A stretch of DNA of 64,000 nt from Octopus sinensis (GCF_006345805.1 NC_043001.1:120280001-120344000), one strand, 5' to 3'. Positions 36,810 through 50,304 are shown, counted from the first letter of the stretch. The notes: a model not told the origin generated them from the sequence alone. Numbers and translations are program-made.

Positions 36810-37603
36810 GATCGTTTTTCGCGATGGCCAGAAGCTTATCCAATTAAAGACATATCTGCGGTAACTATAGCAAGAACTTTATTTACCAATTGGATGTCCA
36901 GATTCGGCATACCAAACACATTGACGACAGATCGTGGAAGGTAATTTGAGTCTACACCTTCGCAGAATTTAACAAATTATTGGGAATTCATAGAATTCGT
37001 ACGACTTCCTATCATCCACAATCTAACTGCATGATAGAAAGGTTTCATAGGCAGTTGAAATCTTCATTAAGAACTTATTCTGATTCTAATAGTTGATTAG
37101 AAGCCTTACAAGTGACACTGTTAGGAATCAGGTGTGCTGTTAAAGAAAATTTGCGATATTCTCCTACTGAACTTCTGTACGGAACATTAACTCTACCTGG
37201 TCAAATGTTTGAAGAAACCAATTCTTTTAATGGAGATATTGACAATTATGTAACCCGACTCGAGAGATTTCTTTCTCGTGTTCCTTCTTTTACAAGTAAA
37301 TTACAAAATATTAAAAGTTTCGTTCCTTCTTATATTAATTCTTGGACTCATGTATTTTTACGTAATGATGCCGGTCATCATTCACTGAATTATAAAGTTT
37401 CGTTAATTAAAGATAAAATAATGACTTTGGATATGCATGGTAAAAAGGAAATTGTAAGTTTAGAAAGAATTAAAAAAGCTTATTTCGACCAGTCTTCATG
37501 TCATGAAAATAAAGATTTGAGCAACACATTACAAAATAACTTGGAACAGAAAATTCACAAGACAGCGAACAGGTTGAGGAAAAGATCCACAAGTCAATTT
37601 TAA
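36810..37603 (+). mobile_element. Degenerate Ty3/Gypsy integrase and pol C-terminus
   Basis: [47 protein letters not shown]; TTSYHPQSNCMIERFHRQLKSSL; LLGIRCAVKENLRYSPTELLYG; VSLERIKKAY. Confidence 0.92.
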
Positions 37604-38017
37604 AATCACCTACCAGCGTAAAGGAAACTAGAAGTGGTAAAATTGTACATTTTCCCAAAAGACTTTCTCAGTTTATTTGAGTATATTCCTTATGGGGTTT
37701 TATATTCCTGGAATTTTTTGTTAAAAAAAGATTTGTAATTTTTTTTCCAGAAAAATTAAATTGAACAATTTGATAAACTTAACAAGAATGCTGTCATTGT
37801 AAAACCGTGATGAGCGGTTATTTTCGTTTGTTTAACATTGTAAATTTGTGGATACATTGTAAATTTGTATATTTGACTTGCTAAAAATATTAATTCAAAC
37901 ATTGTGTGAAATATATATGTATTACTAATATTCTTTGTTTGCAAAATTTTAACAAATATTTCTGGTTAGGGCTGATATAGCGAATAGGAAGCAAGTCGTA
38001 AAAGGCGGCAATATGAT

Positions 38018-38414
38018 GTAATGGTCACGTTGCCCGAACAAGTATAATTGTTGGTTTCCCATTGGTTAAAATCACTGCCCATATTTGAATTCTAAACTTT
38101 CGTCAAAGAGAATTCTTTCACGAAATACGGTTCTTAGAATTTAGGTATCAGCAGTTATAAAAACCCTGATTTTGGGGAAATTAATCAGTGATCGTTGATT
38201 GTCACTAAACTCCACGACACTCACACTAGTGATTTTTGGTTATCACTACACTTCACTAGTTATCACTAGGCTACTAGTTATCAATAGTAGATTTGGTTAT
38301 CATTAGACTACTAGTGTTCGTTGGTCGTAACTCTCTACGACAAATTGCCTTATTTCTAAATGTACTGTAAATATTAAATGTACATAAATAAACTTTTTTC
38401 ACTTCTTTCCAACA
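38018..38414 (+). mobile_element. Putative 3' LTR of the upstream Gypsy relic
   Basis: TG(taatgg)...AATAAA...(ttccaa)CA downstream of pol, with internal actagttatcact repeats. No second LTR to confirm and the PPT is weak. Confidence 0.3.
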
Positions 38415-38521
38415 TGTTAATGAAATTTACTTCTGCATTTATGAAACTGTTTTTATAGCGTGAAAAAGAATACGAATTTATTTTCAACATGCATGCATAT
38501 TCAACATGACGTTAAGCGTCT

Positions 38522-38553
<32 letters not shown>

Positions 38554-38929
38554 TTCACTACGGCATTTATGTAGCTTGAGTTGAGATTTATGTATAGTGA
38601 TGATACTTATAATTAAGTTATAAGTGACGGGTTTATCATTGTAGAATTTTACTCAAGGAATAAAATATATTTATCTATCCCAGTAGAAACTATATAAATA
38701 AGATGATACACCACATTATAAAAGTAGTACCCCATCAGCCGTTATAACAATCACACCGTTATACAACTATCTAATGAAAGTGAAATCATATCCGCTGAGG
38801 GCATTCTTTGTTTTCTATATATTTTGCTAAAATATTTTCGTCACTTTCAGACCGCGACCCATTCACTGACAAAATTCCGTGCTGCAGCACGGAATTTTGT
38901 CACGCTTGAACTGTTGCAGAGGTAAATAC

Positions 38930-40214
38930 AAGGATAATAACTTCAAATATTAAAGTAAATTCTATTTCATCACGTGATGCTCCTCGCTCAATTATCGCTA
39001 GTGAAGTTCAAAATTTAAACGAATGTACATTGTCGCAAATACCCCCGTTTGCATAGCTTAATAGGAATATTAGACGTTGGAGGCAAGCTGATTCCAACTA
39101 TCCTGCTACCCCACTTACAAATGTTGGGGTTTCCATTCCAAGTGAACAATCCTACCTTAACAATGATGAAACGTTTTTATAGTATGACCGCGTTTTTATA
39201 GTATGAATACTAATATTTGCAAGTGACGAAGCACTTGACAGTTAAAATACCGCAAGAAATGGGCGCCAGATGGAACATTTAAGTGCTGCTCTTGTATATA
39301 TTTCCAGTTATATATACTTCACATTCAAATTAATAGTTTTAATGCCCCACGATTGTTCGCATTGCTCTCTGAGAAAAGTCAAGACGCACATAGTAGACTT
39401 TTAGCCAAAATAAATGAATTACTGCAGAATGGATTTCGAAAAAGCAGCCCTTAACGGATTACTGGAATCGTTTCCTGGGCCGCATTTGGCATGCTGCTTG
39501 TTTCATTTAGGACAAAATGTGTACAAGCATGTTGTGCAAGAAGGACTAAAATGCAGATATCACGAAGATGACAATTTTACCCTAGAAATGCTGTGTCTTG
39601 TTGCCCTCGCCTTCCTGCTGGTTGATGATGTTGTAGATGGGTATGAACAACTTGAAGACGATGACCACCCAGAGGAAGAAGAAAGAGGAGCCGATGCCTT
39701 GAACCTCCATTTCCATTACCTATATGGAATGTTTGGGATCGCTGTATGACGGAGATTGCTTGTACTACAAATAGTTTCGAAGTCTACCACAGCGCGCTGA
39801 AAAACACAGTGAATATTAGTCATCTAAATATTTGGAAACTTATTGATATGATTAAATGTGAGGTAAGGTTTGCCAGTACCAAATTGCAGAAGTTGATGCA
39901 AGAAGAATCATGCGAAAAGAAAAAATACAGAGGTGTGAACCTGCGTATAAAAAAATGTCACGAAAAAATATGATCCAAACCCCAAATTTATTTTTCTGAA
40001 AGCAATTGCACGCAACCTTAAATTTTAAGAAAAATTAAATAATACAGCAAACCTTAAAATAAATGTTTTTTTAATTCAGATATTCGTTTTTTCATTTTCC
40101 TTATGATCTCGACGAATTGACCGACGACGAACTGACCGACGACGAATTGACCGACGACGAATTGACTGGGACAAATTAAACGACAGAAGGCCGTCGAGGA
40201 ATTGACCGGACACC
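38930..40214 (+). mobile_element. MULE (Mutator-like) transposon, pseudogenised transposase plus right terminus
   Basis: LIFASDEAL..WAPDGTFK..FQLYILH; DFEKAALNGLLESFPGPHLACCLFHLGQNVY; ALAFL; TNSFEVYHSALK. Terminal array of gacgaattgaccgac ending gaattgaccggacacc. Confidence 0.9.
40111..40214. repeat. Subterminal 15-nt tandem repeats (gacgaattgaccgac)
   Basis: About four tandem units plus two degenerate ones. Confidence 0.9.
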
Positions 40215-40897
40215 AATTAAACTTGAGGTTATGTTATTGTTTAAAAGGTATTCATGCATTTAAAACTTTCTAAACAAGTGTGTAAATGCTTCTCAATTGC
40301 CTTTGTTGCTTTTGGTATTATTGGATTTTATCCTTTTGCTTAGACAATATAAAGATCAAGGTTACAAAGACCAGTATTTGAGCCAACTTGGCTGTATCAA
40401 ATTTATTTCCATAAACAGTGTAGGCAGGTTGTAAATTTAAGGTGATCGCTTTGTTACTTGTTATTATTTAAGATATTTCTTATTTCCGTTTGTAAGGCTG
40501 TAGTTATTAGCCAGTCATGTTATGGTTTTGTTATTATGAAAAGATTTTTATGTGCTTCGATGCTCGTAAAAGTATTTGAGTAAGTGTTGTATGTTGTGTT
40601 TTTATCTAGCTGCCTAAATAACAAAAGAGAAACACTCCCAGGCTTGTTTGCAAAGTTCTACATGCATAAACAAAGTCTAAACAATAACATGCTCCCAAAC
40701 TTAATTAATTAATTTCTTTCCAAAACAACTTTCAATAACAATAGAAATCCTAATTACCACCCCACTCATAACCACACACACCCAAATTATTTTAACTCAA
40801 CGGAGATTTTATAAAGGTACGACAATCTGTAATGCATTGCACTCCGACGATATGTTAGGTAGCCGAAACTTCGAAGTCACTCCTAACAACATTCTTC

Positions 40898-40957
<60 letters not shown>

Positions 40958-41027
40958 TGTGTATGTATGTATATGTATATATATATACACATATGTATAT
41001 ATATACATTCATATATATTATATATAC

Positions 41028-41433
41028 CCTTTTACTTGTTTCAGTCATTTGACTGCGGCCATGCTGGAGCACCGCCTTTAGTCGAACAAATCGACTCTAG
41101 GACTTATTCTTTGTAAGCCTAGTACTTATTCTTATCGGTCTCTTTTACCGAACCGCTTAGTGGCGGGGACGTAAGCACACCACCATCAGCTGTCAAGCGA
41201 TGTTAGGGGGGCAAACACAGACACACAAACATATACACACACATACACACACATATATATATATACATATATACGTCGGGCTTCTTTCAGTTTCCATCTA
41301 CCAAATCCACCCACAAGGCTTTGGTCGGCCCAAGGCTAAAATAGAAGACACTTGCCCAAGGTGCCACGCAGTGGGACTGAACCGGAACCATGTGTTTGGT
41401 AAGCAAGCTACTTACCACACTGCCACTCCTGTG

Positions 41434-41436
<3 letters not shown>
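41028..41436 (-). mobile_element. Full-length SINE family B
   Basis: Complete tail-to-head reverse complement. Confidence 0.95.
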
Positions 41437-41483
<47 letters not shown>

Positions 41484-41939
41484 GATATATTTATATGTGT
41501 GTGTGTGTGTGTATACATATATCATCATAGCAATACAGTAATATAATGGAAAGGAAATATACATAAATATACGTAAACATTATTTGGATAAATCAATTCT
41601 CCTCATTTTATATGTTTTATCATAGATATAACCGCAAGCTTCCTCTATCTTATACACAAGCATTTCATACGCAATCATCCTTAATAGAAAATCTTTAATC
41701 AAAACAACTTGAAAGGTCGTTATAGCTGCACCCAAAATCTAACTATATCTATGAACGCAATGAATAATAAGAAATTCTACGCATAGAAGTGAACCAACTT
41801 CATCCTTGCAACTGAAAACGCTTGTTTACTGTGCAAAGTGGACTTGAATATGCATTGCTGAAAACTGTTATTGTGACCCTGCTGTGGACATTTTCAGAGT
41901 TCGATAGAAGCAGCACATGTCTTCCTGCACAAATATCCG

Positions 41940-42105
41940 TTTCAAATTTTGGCACATGGCCAACGATTTCGAAGAAACAGGTAAGTTGATTACATTGACC
42001 GCCAACAGGCAACTGTTACTTATTTTATTAAAGGCAAAATCAACCTCTGTCGGATTTGAAATTAGAACGGGAAGTCGGACGAAATGCCGCTAAGTTTTTT
42101 CCCGG
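41940..42105 (-). mobile_element. SINE family A, old tail variant with deletion
   Basis: tttcaaattttggcaca...ggacgaaatgccgctaag. Confidence 0.8.
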
Positions 42106-42944
42106 CTTTATTCCTGCACAAACATTAACACATGAGACAAATATTTTCTCTATTTGAGTATGCCTCAGATTGAAAGAAAAACATAGTCAATTTCAGAATC
42201 AATTGCTCAAGCAGCAAAAATTCTATACCGTATATTAATGGTTCTCACAGTCGTATATTTAACATTTTCATCTCCAATTGCAACGAACTTAAAAAGATGT
42301 TTTAACGTATTGCCAACTGTCCCAACCAAAAACAGACAACTCTTAAGACAGTTTAACCTGCCCACAGGATGACACCCTTCTTGACCTGTCTACGTTGACT
42401 ACGAGGTCCTTTCGCTTTATATATACAAGTTCAATATTTCTATTTAATTATTATTGTTGTTGTTCTTCTTCTTATTATTATTATCATCATTATTAAGAAA
42501 AACTTCGTCTATTTTCAGAGTTATTTTGATTTGGTTGCTATTCTTCGCATCATTATATTTGCATTCTTTCCTTTTACTACATTCATCATCATATTTGCTT
42601 TAATGCATTCATATCAATATTTGAGTGTTTATTTAAAACCAGGAGATTGAACGAATGTTAACAATCAATGCCCCTGTGTCATACAGAATCATCCATTAGC
42701 ACAATTGTTATGCACGGTTAACTTTCGCAGCCACAAGCAATGTTTCTTATGATTTCATCTTATTCCTGGTATTCTCTCTGCTGACAATCAAATTAGCCCT
42801 GCAAGAATACGCAGATCCGAAAATATATTGTCATTTAGTAAATTTTCTTCAATACGTAAGTACGACTGCTTGAAGATACAATCTCACCTTGAGTTAAAAA
42901 CAGATCAATAATTTACTTGGTTGCATGTATATGAATATGTCGCA

Positions 42945-42953
42945 TATATATAT

Positions 42954-43008
<55 letters not shown>

Positions 43009-43412
43009 CATACATACATGCATACATACATACATGCATACATACATACATACATACATACATGCATGCATGCATGCATACATACATACATACATATATA
43101 CATACATACATACATGCATGCATGCATACATACATACATACATACATACATACATAATACATACATACATGCATACATACATACATGCATACATACATAC
43201 ATACATACATACATGCATGCATGCATGCATACATACATACATACATATATACATACATACATACATGCATGCATGCATACATACATACATACATACATAC
43301 ATACATACATACATACATACATGCATACATACATACATACATACATACATACATACATACATACATACATACATACATACATACATACATCATACATACA
43401 TACATACATACA

Positions 43413-43448
<36 letters not shown>

Positions 43449-43470
43449 TACATACATGCTTGCATGCATA
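42945..43470. repeat. (TA)n plus (TACA/TGCA)n array
   Basis: Direct reading. Confidence 0.98.
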
Positions 43471-43479
43471 TATATAGTT

Positions 43480-43695
43480 CAAATTTACAGAAAACAAAAG
43501 GCGAAGAGAGGTGAGGGAGCAGCAAGCAGCAACAAGGGAAGAATGGAAAAGTCTATGACGTTTCGAGCCTACGCTCTTCGGCAGAAAGAGTTGAGAGGAA
43601 ACAAATAGAGAGAACGAAAGAAAAAAACGTAGGAAGAAAAGAATGTGTAGGGACAAACAAGCAAAGAGCAACGAATGTATAACTAGAACGGTCAT
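43480..43695 (-). mobile_element. Probable solo PLE terminal repeat with hammerhead motif
   Basis: Shares the gagcgtaggctcgaaacgt block with 34284-34470. Confidence 0.6.
43553..43588 (-). ncRNA. Minimal hammerhead motif with non-canonical core (C at position 6)
   Basis: Minus: CTTT-CTGCCGA-A-GAGC-gtag-GCTC-GAAA-C-GTC-ATAG. Confidence 0.65.
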
Positions 43696-44678
43696 TTTAT
43701 TTTATAGTACAGGATAATTAACAGTCAAATTCTTCCACTTAGGTGCAAATATAAATGTCTGTGTGTATATGTACTTGTGGTTGTAGGTATGCATATATGT
43801 GTGCTTATAACGAGATAAGACAGCAAACCATTTCAGGTATGTTACATACATATTTACATATTTTTTCTGAAGAAATAATTTGATAAAATAAAATATACGC
43901 TACATTTACTTGGTCTTTAGACTTTTACTTCTATACGATCGATTTGTCAAACAGCACGAAATATTTATTTTGGAAAGTTTTTGCATTGCGTTTATCAATG
44001 TATTAGCAATTTTAAGGTAAAAAAATTCTTTTTAATAGGAGATAAAATGCTTCAAATTTATAAAGAAATTCTGTGACTTGACAACAAAAAAATTTCGATT
44101 GCGTTAATCATAAAACTTGATGATGAAATTATCCGTCTCAATTCCCAGAGACTAACTGTGCCCCATTATGATTTAAAACATGTTTTGCTGTTAAGGAAAA
44201 AAAAATACAAACTTGAGATATAGTGAAAGCATGTTTTTTCAGCAATGAGCAACTATTGTTATAGTGGTAACGTAGGATTGCACACTTCTAATCACTAACA
44301 AAAATCTTTAAACAACGCACAAACAACCCAATTTCAGAATCACGAATAGATGCCTTTTTAATGGAAAATGATTGGCAGAAAAAATTATATTTAAAGATAC
44401 AAAATTGGTATATAGTATACACGTATCAAATTGAATAATAGTATACACGTATCAAATTGAACAAAATTAGCTTCAAAATTTATTTTCTACGCCCACATTC
44501 GTTTAAGTACGTAAATATGCAAATATGCTCAATGTAACATCACTTTCGAAATATATTTGCTTTTGGAAGTGGCAGGAGAAAGAAACCACTCTATATGAGG
44601 CTTAAACTGCAAGCGGAAACAACCGAATATAATTATGATCATTAAAAGCGTATTTTAAATTATTTTCTTGTTGTGCAA

Positions 44679-44884
44679 GGCAATGAGCTTGCGGAATGGT
44701 CAGCGCACCGGACTAAATGCTGGATAGCATTTCATCCGTCTTTACATTCTGAGTTCAAATTCCACAGAGGTCGACTTTGGCTGAGGGTCGATAAAATATG
44801 TATCAGTTACTCACTTGGTTTGATGTAATCGACTTACCTCTCCCCCAAAGTTACTGGCCTTGTGCCAAAATTTGAAGACAATAT
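44679..44884 (+). mobile_element. SINE family A, old tail variant
   Basis: ttctgagttcaaattccacagaggtcgactttg...ggccttgtgccaaaatttgaa. Confidence 0.85.
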
Positions 44885-45549
44885 ACTCAGCGCTTGCTTA
44901 AACACACGCACTGTTTCAGTGAACAATTGCAGTCATGGAACCAGAATTTTGAAACGTCGAGAACTAAATGAAAGTTAAAATTAAATTTAGCAGAGCTTGT
45001 GCACTTTTATTTATCTACAATGGATACTACAGTATATAATTCCTTCATTTTCCACTCAAGCGAATAATAGGGTAGATAGCTTCTCTTATTTACTTGGACT
45101 TAGGTAACCGTTTGCGTGTCGCCTTCGACTGAACAAGAAGAGAGGACGAATCAATCGTTAAGTGGAAGTGGTTCGAAAAGATTTTAGTAAGGAAACAATT
45201 ATTGAAGAGAAGTTCCATACAGCACATGGTCTTCTTCAGAAACAGGAGTAGGAAAAATTCTGCACTCCGATCATTTTTTTTTTATGTGTAAATTATGAAA
45301 CCGGAGAAATGTTCAATATTTGCGGCAAAGTAACTCAGTACTCAACAGTGAGTGCACAATTGTCGTTTTTCTTCGCCAAAATTTCTACATATTCCCCCAA
45401 CAAGAAATGGTAGAAAAGGAAAGATAAAAATATCGAATAGAAACGTATTACTAAGGGGAAATGCTATTTTCATGTTCAAGAACAAGAAAAATGTTCCATA
45501 GATATAGTACTATCTTCATGGAACTCGGTAGCAACCGTTACACGCAAGA

Positions 45550-45611
45550 GTATGTATGTATGTATGTATGTATGTATGTATGTATGTATGTATGTATATA
45601 TACACACACAT

Positions 45612-45705
<94 letters not shown>
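45550..45705. repeat. (TATG)/(CA)/(TA) microsatellite
   Basis: Direct reading. Confidence 0.95.
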
Positions 45706-45707
<2 letters not shown>

Positions 45708-45779
45708 GAAATAGGTTTCAAACAGAAAAATAATCTACACGTGGTAGATATATGGGGAAAGAAGTAAAAAGCGAAAATG

Positions 45780-47760
45780 CACATTGGATATAAAAATAAA
45801 GCCGTTTTTATGAAAAGTAACGATAAATATATACAATTAGATGAACTGAGGTAGAATTAAGAGGAATAAACGTCATTATTTTGAATTGTTAAAGGGATTC
45901 AAAGTCATACCGGTTTCGTCAATTGCTGTTCACTGGCTTTTAATAGTCCCTGAGGAAAAAAGATTATATGCAAAGGAGGAGGTAAGTAGCTCTGGGAGTG
46001 AAGCAATTAGGGTAAGTATAATACTGTAATATGAATGATGTATGGATTGTATGGGAATTAGTGGTATTAATGGTAAGGTTAGTACTATTCTATATTATGT
46101 TATGTATTCATGTTGAGTTGTGGATGATATTTATTGATGAAAGTTGCTTCTTTATTCATTCGTTGTTGAACTGAGGTGTTCTGTAAACATTGATATAAAG
46201 GGAAAATTTGGAAGTTAAGATTAAGGTTTCTAGCACACCTTTCTATGTGTTCACTGACCTGTGACTATTTGTATTGTTGGTAGCGGATATGTTCTTTGTG
46301 AAGAATTGTTCTTCGACGGAGTGACGTTTCTGTTTGGCCAATGTCATGATTACTGCACCCTAAGCAGGTAATAGCATAGATTAGGTTTTCCGAAACACAG
46401 ATGAAATTTGATTTTATCGTAACTATTTCACCTTGTTTAAAGTGGAACTTCCTCTGCTAGTATAATCCCATCATTTATTAAGGATGTTGGGTAATGTCTC
46501 TTGATTAGTATTGATCTGAGTTCAAAGAGTCTTCGTTCACGAGTATTGGTGTCCGAAACTATGGTACAGATTGTTTTCGCTAGATTATAAGGTACATTAT
46601 TTATGTGTTTGGTGTGGCGTGAGTTGAATAATAAGTATTGTTTTGAATCTGTGGGTTTACAGATGTCCGTTCCGATGTGCTTATTGACTATTTTAATTAG
46701 GATGTCAAGAAAAGGAAGTTGTTTATTGCTGTGTTTCATGGTGAATTGTATGTTGCTATTGATATTGTTGAGCATTATTTTGAAATCCATGAGTTTATCC
46801 ATGCTATCTTTCCAAAGTATAAAGCAATCATCTAAATACCTCTTCCAGTTTTCCTTTAAATAGCAATGAAATGAGGTGCCATATTTTTGTAGTAATGATT
46901 GGTATATTTTAAGTTCTAGGTAACCCATTACAAGGTTCGCAATCACTGGGACAGCTCGAGTTCCCATTGCAATTCCACATTTTTGTCGATAGTAATCTGT
47001 ATAGATCATGAAATAGTTGTTCAGTAGGATGAATTAGAGTGCTGCAATTATGAATATGTGGTTGATGCAACCTGGGATTTCTTCTGGGTATTTTTATAGC
47101 CAGAAGGTGATTGCTTCTATGCCATAATCATGTGGGATATTGGTGTACAAGTTCACCATATCGAATGATAGCAACAGGGTTCCTTCAGTTATTGTCTTCG
47201 GAAGGAGGATGAAATGGTTTGATTAAGATTTTGAGGAAATTGCTCAAACGGTGGATTTCAAAACAGGGCCAAAAATGATGGATCTTAGTTTGAGGTCAGT
47301 AGTCTCGGAGGTAAGTTTTTCCATTGTCTATGAGATGATGGGGGTAGATTGTTATGTAGTGATTCCCGAAAGTTTAGGTTAGTCTGGAAGCTTGGATGGG
47401 TCTTTTGATTTGTATGTAGGGGGCCCTCAAAATTACGTCCGGATTTTCTCTTACAAACGCAATTCCTACTTGTTGTTTGGAAGTTATTTTTGGGTAGAAA
47501 TGAGATTAGTTCGGCGGAGTTGTGTCCCCTAGATTGACTGTGGTTTGATTTAGATAAATGTGAGGTCCTTTCTGCGTAGGTTTTGGTTTCTTTTTCTTCA
47601 GGAAGGAGTTATCCGATATGTTTTCTATGTTGAACTGTGTTTCGTAGTTTAGGAAAAAATTAGCTTGTCTTTCCCAGCGTTGTAGGGAATTAGTTTCTTC
47701 AGTTTAAAAACATTCTCCAAGATTGACCATGTTTCCTTAATTCGGTGTAGATTTCCTCAG
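45780..47760 (-). mobile_element. Penelope-like element, about 2 kb, degenerate RT plus deleted GIY-YIG plus 3' repeat
   Basis: LLSFDMVNLYTNIPHDYG; QKCGIAMGTRAVPVIANLVMG; WKRYLDDCFILW; LPFLDILI; KPTDSKQYLLFNS; NVPYNLAKTICTIV. Decayed hammerhead at 45902-45939. Confidence 0.93.
46437..47009 (-). pseudogene. PLE reverse transcriptase fragment (track ORF, 190 aa)
   Basis: GIAMGT and YLDD motifs; stops upstream in the same frame. Confidence 0.9.
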
Positions 47761-47799
47761 CTATGTTTTTAAATTTTTGCTTTTGCTTAACGCTTTAAG

Positions 47800-47885
<86 letters not shown>

Positions 47886-48010
47886 TTATGTATGTATGTA
47901 TTATGTATGTATGTATGTATGTATGTATGTGTGTGTGTATGTATGTATGTGTGTGTGTATGTATGTATGTATGTATGTATGTTTGTATATGTATATATAT
48001 ATGTATGGGT
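47800..48010. repeat. (TA)n/(TATG)n/(TG)n microsatellite
   Basis: Direct reading. Confidence 0.97.
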
Positions 48011-48340
48011 ATATAAATAAGAATAAGACCGTTAATTTAAATATCGATCTTATCAAGTGACCAGCATGGGAATAAATGCCTTCAAAGATAATAATTATTA
48101 TTAAAATTATAATTTAGGATGTCTAAGAGATACCGCCACGCTGGAAATAGCAGCCAAAACCTGACTCTAAAGCCACATTAAATATTCATACAGCAACAGG
48201 AGAGAAGACAAAAAGACAAAACTAGCAAAACTAGCAAAAAATTATCCAGCTTTGCCTTTAAATCTTTCGGGCTCGATAAATTAACTAACAATCAGGCTCT
48301 AGGCTTTATGCCTGTAACAGAAAAGGTTATATAGAGGTAT

Positions 48341-48408
<68 letters not shown>

Positions 48409-49299
48409 ACGTGTGTGTCAGTGAATGTATATGTATGCATACATGGGAAATTCTTGCGTCGAATGTGTAAGAAATTATTGAATTTCTATGGAAACATAAT
48501 TGATAAGTTATGGCCATCGTAATTTCGATTCCATTCTGTCTCCTGACTCTATGTCGTCGTCTCATGAGTTTATTATTTAATATTCTTACTATTCCAGAAG
48601 GAAAGATTAAGCGTTCTTTTCCTTTTTGTTTTGTTAACTTGGTTTGTATTTTTTTTTTCATTTATTTTTGTTTAAAATCTTATTTTCTGTTTCTTCTCAA
48701 GAATTTTATTTGATTTATCATCATTTATGCATTTAGTTTTGTCGATTGCCAGAATTGGTAGAGCGTGAGAGAAATTGCCTTGTTTTATTTATTCTAATAT
48801 CAGCTTTGCTTTTTCTCCCTCCGTTGACGGTGAAATAAAGTACCAGTCATGTGATCGGGATGATTGACTAACTCACATCACTTCAACTTTGCTGGTTTTG
48901 TGCTTCATCCGCAATCGATGTTGCATCGGATAGAATATTCTTTGTACTTTGTTCTGAATCTGTACTCTGAATGCATATTTCGCGGAAATCAACTCTGCCT
49001 TTTGGAGTTGATAAAAGTTGTCAATCCAGGGCAGTTTATTGGAGACGTTTATCGGGTTAACCCGCATTGTGGAGAGTTCTGCTGTAGGTTACTATTAAAG
49101 TGTCATCTATGCCTGTTAGGCGATCTTGTATAATCGTTCATGCCGCTCTTATGTCTATTTCATATAGTTACGTTTATACATTTTATACACTTTAGATATT
49201 TGGAGAACTGACAGTATCGAATTTTTCAGGTATCAAACAGAGGTAAAACTAGCGGTCATTCACTTCTGGCTGATAAGAATTGTGCCCATATACTGGCTT

Positions 49300-49490
49300 C
49301 AAATTCTGGCACAGGCCCCGCTATTTCGGGAGAAGGACTAAGTCTATTATATCGACTCCAGTGATCAACTGGCACTTATTTTATCGACCCCGAAAGAATG
49401 AAAGGCAAAGTCGACCTCGGCGTAAGGACGGGCAAAATATTGCTTAACAATTTGCCCTGCCTGCTAACGTTTCTGCCAGCTCGTTGCCTC
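49300..49490 (-). mobile_element. SINE family A, diverged
   Basis: ttttatcgaccccgaaagaatgaaaggcaaagtcgacctcggcg...taacgtttctgccagctcg. Confidence 0.85.
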
Positions 49491-50063
49491 TATTTCTGCC
49501 CATATATTAACGGGGCCTTTAACTCTTTGCCTCTTTTGTCTATCATGTGTGGCAGACGGGACATATTTTCTGGCGTGTATGCATCATATGTTACACACAT
49601 TCCCAAGTGGATTTTACCCATGAGAGTAACTTGTGTCTTATGAAAGGAAAACTTTACGTTACTCAGAAAGTATGAAATAAGGTCTACTAAAAGTCTGAAA
49701 ACAAGAATGAGTGTTTAGGACAGACTTCTGAAAATGGTAGAGGGTTGACCGTAATATAGATCAGTTCATCTGAGTATAAGCGTTTGTTACTGTCTTGATA
49801 TTTACCTTATTACTTAAGGATGGATGTCTTTTGGCAAACTGATTTTCTATCGAAATATTACATGAAGAGAAAATCTGCGGCGATCCCACCACTCAATGAT
49901 TCATGGAGCTTTCCAGTAATGCGAGGCAGTGGGAAAACATTTTTCTCTCGGTCGAATGGTTAAGAATAGGAGCTAATTCCCCTTCGAATTATATTCTTCC
50001 GACATTAAAAAAGGTTAAGGGGCACTACGTAATGTAGTTCGTAACCAACCATAAAAAGATACT

Positions 50064-50272
50064 CTTTAACTTGTTTCAGTCATTTGAATGCGGCCATGCT
50101 GGAGCACCGCCTTTAATCGAGCAACTCGACCCCGGGACTTCTTTTTTTTTGTAAGCCCAGTACTTATTCCATCGGTCTCTTTTGCCGAACCGCTAAGTAA
50201 CGGGGACTTAAACACATCAGCGTCGGTTGTCAAGCAATGCTAGGGGGACAAATATAGACACACAAACACACA

Positions 50273-50304
<32 letters not shown>

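Noticed and set aside
40111-40214. CRISPR-like repeat array
   Set aside because: 15-nt units are directly tandem with no unique spacers, the context is eukaryotic, and they form a MULE terminus.
42894-43695. Cluster of 100-227 aa ORFs
   Set aside because: Same artefact from the (TACA/TGCA)n array.
48900-49140. Possible RTE-LINE C-terminal relic or short ORFs
   Set aside because: Only vague similarity (RTLH.AG..PDKRL) with multiple stops; insufficient to call.
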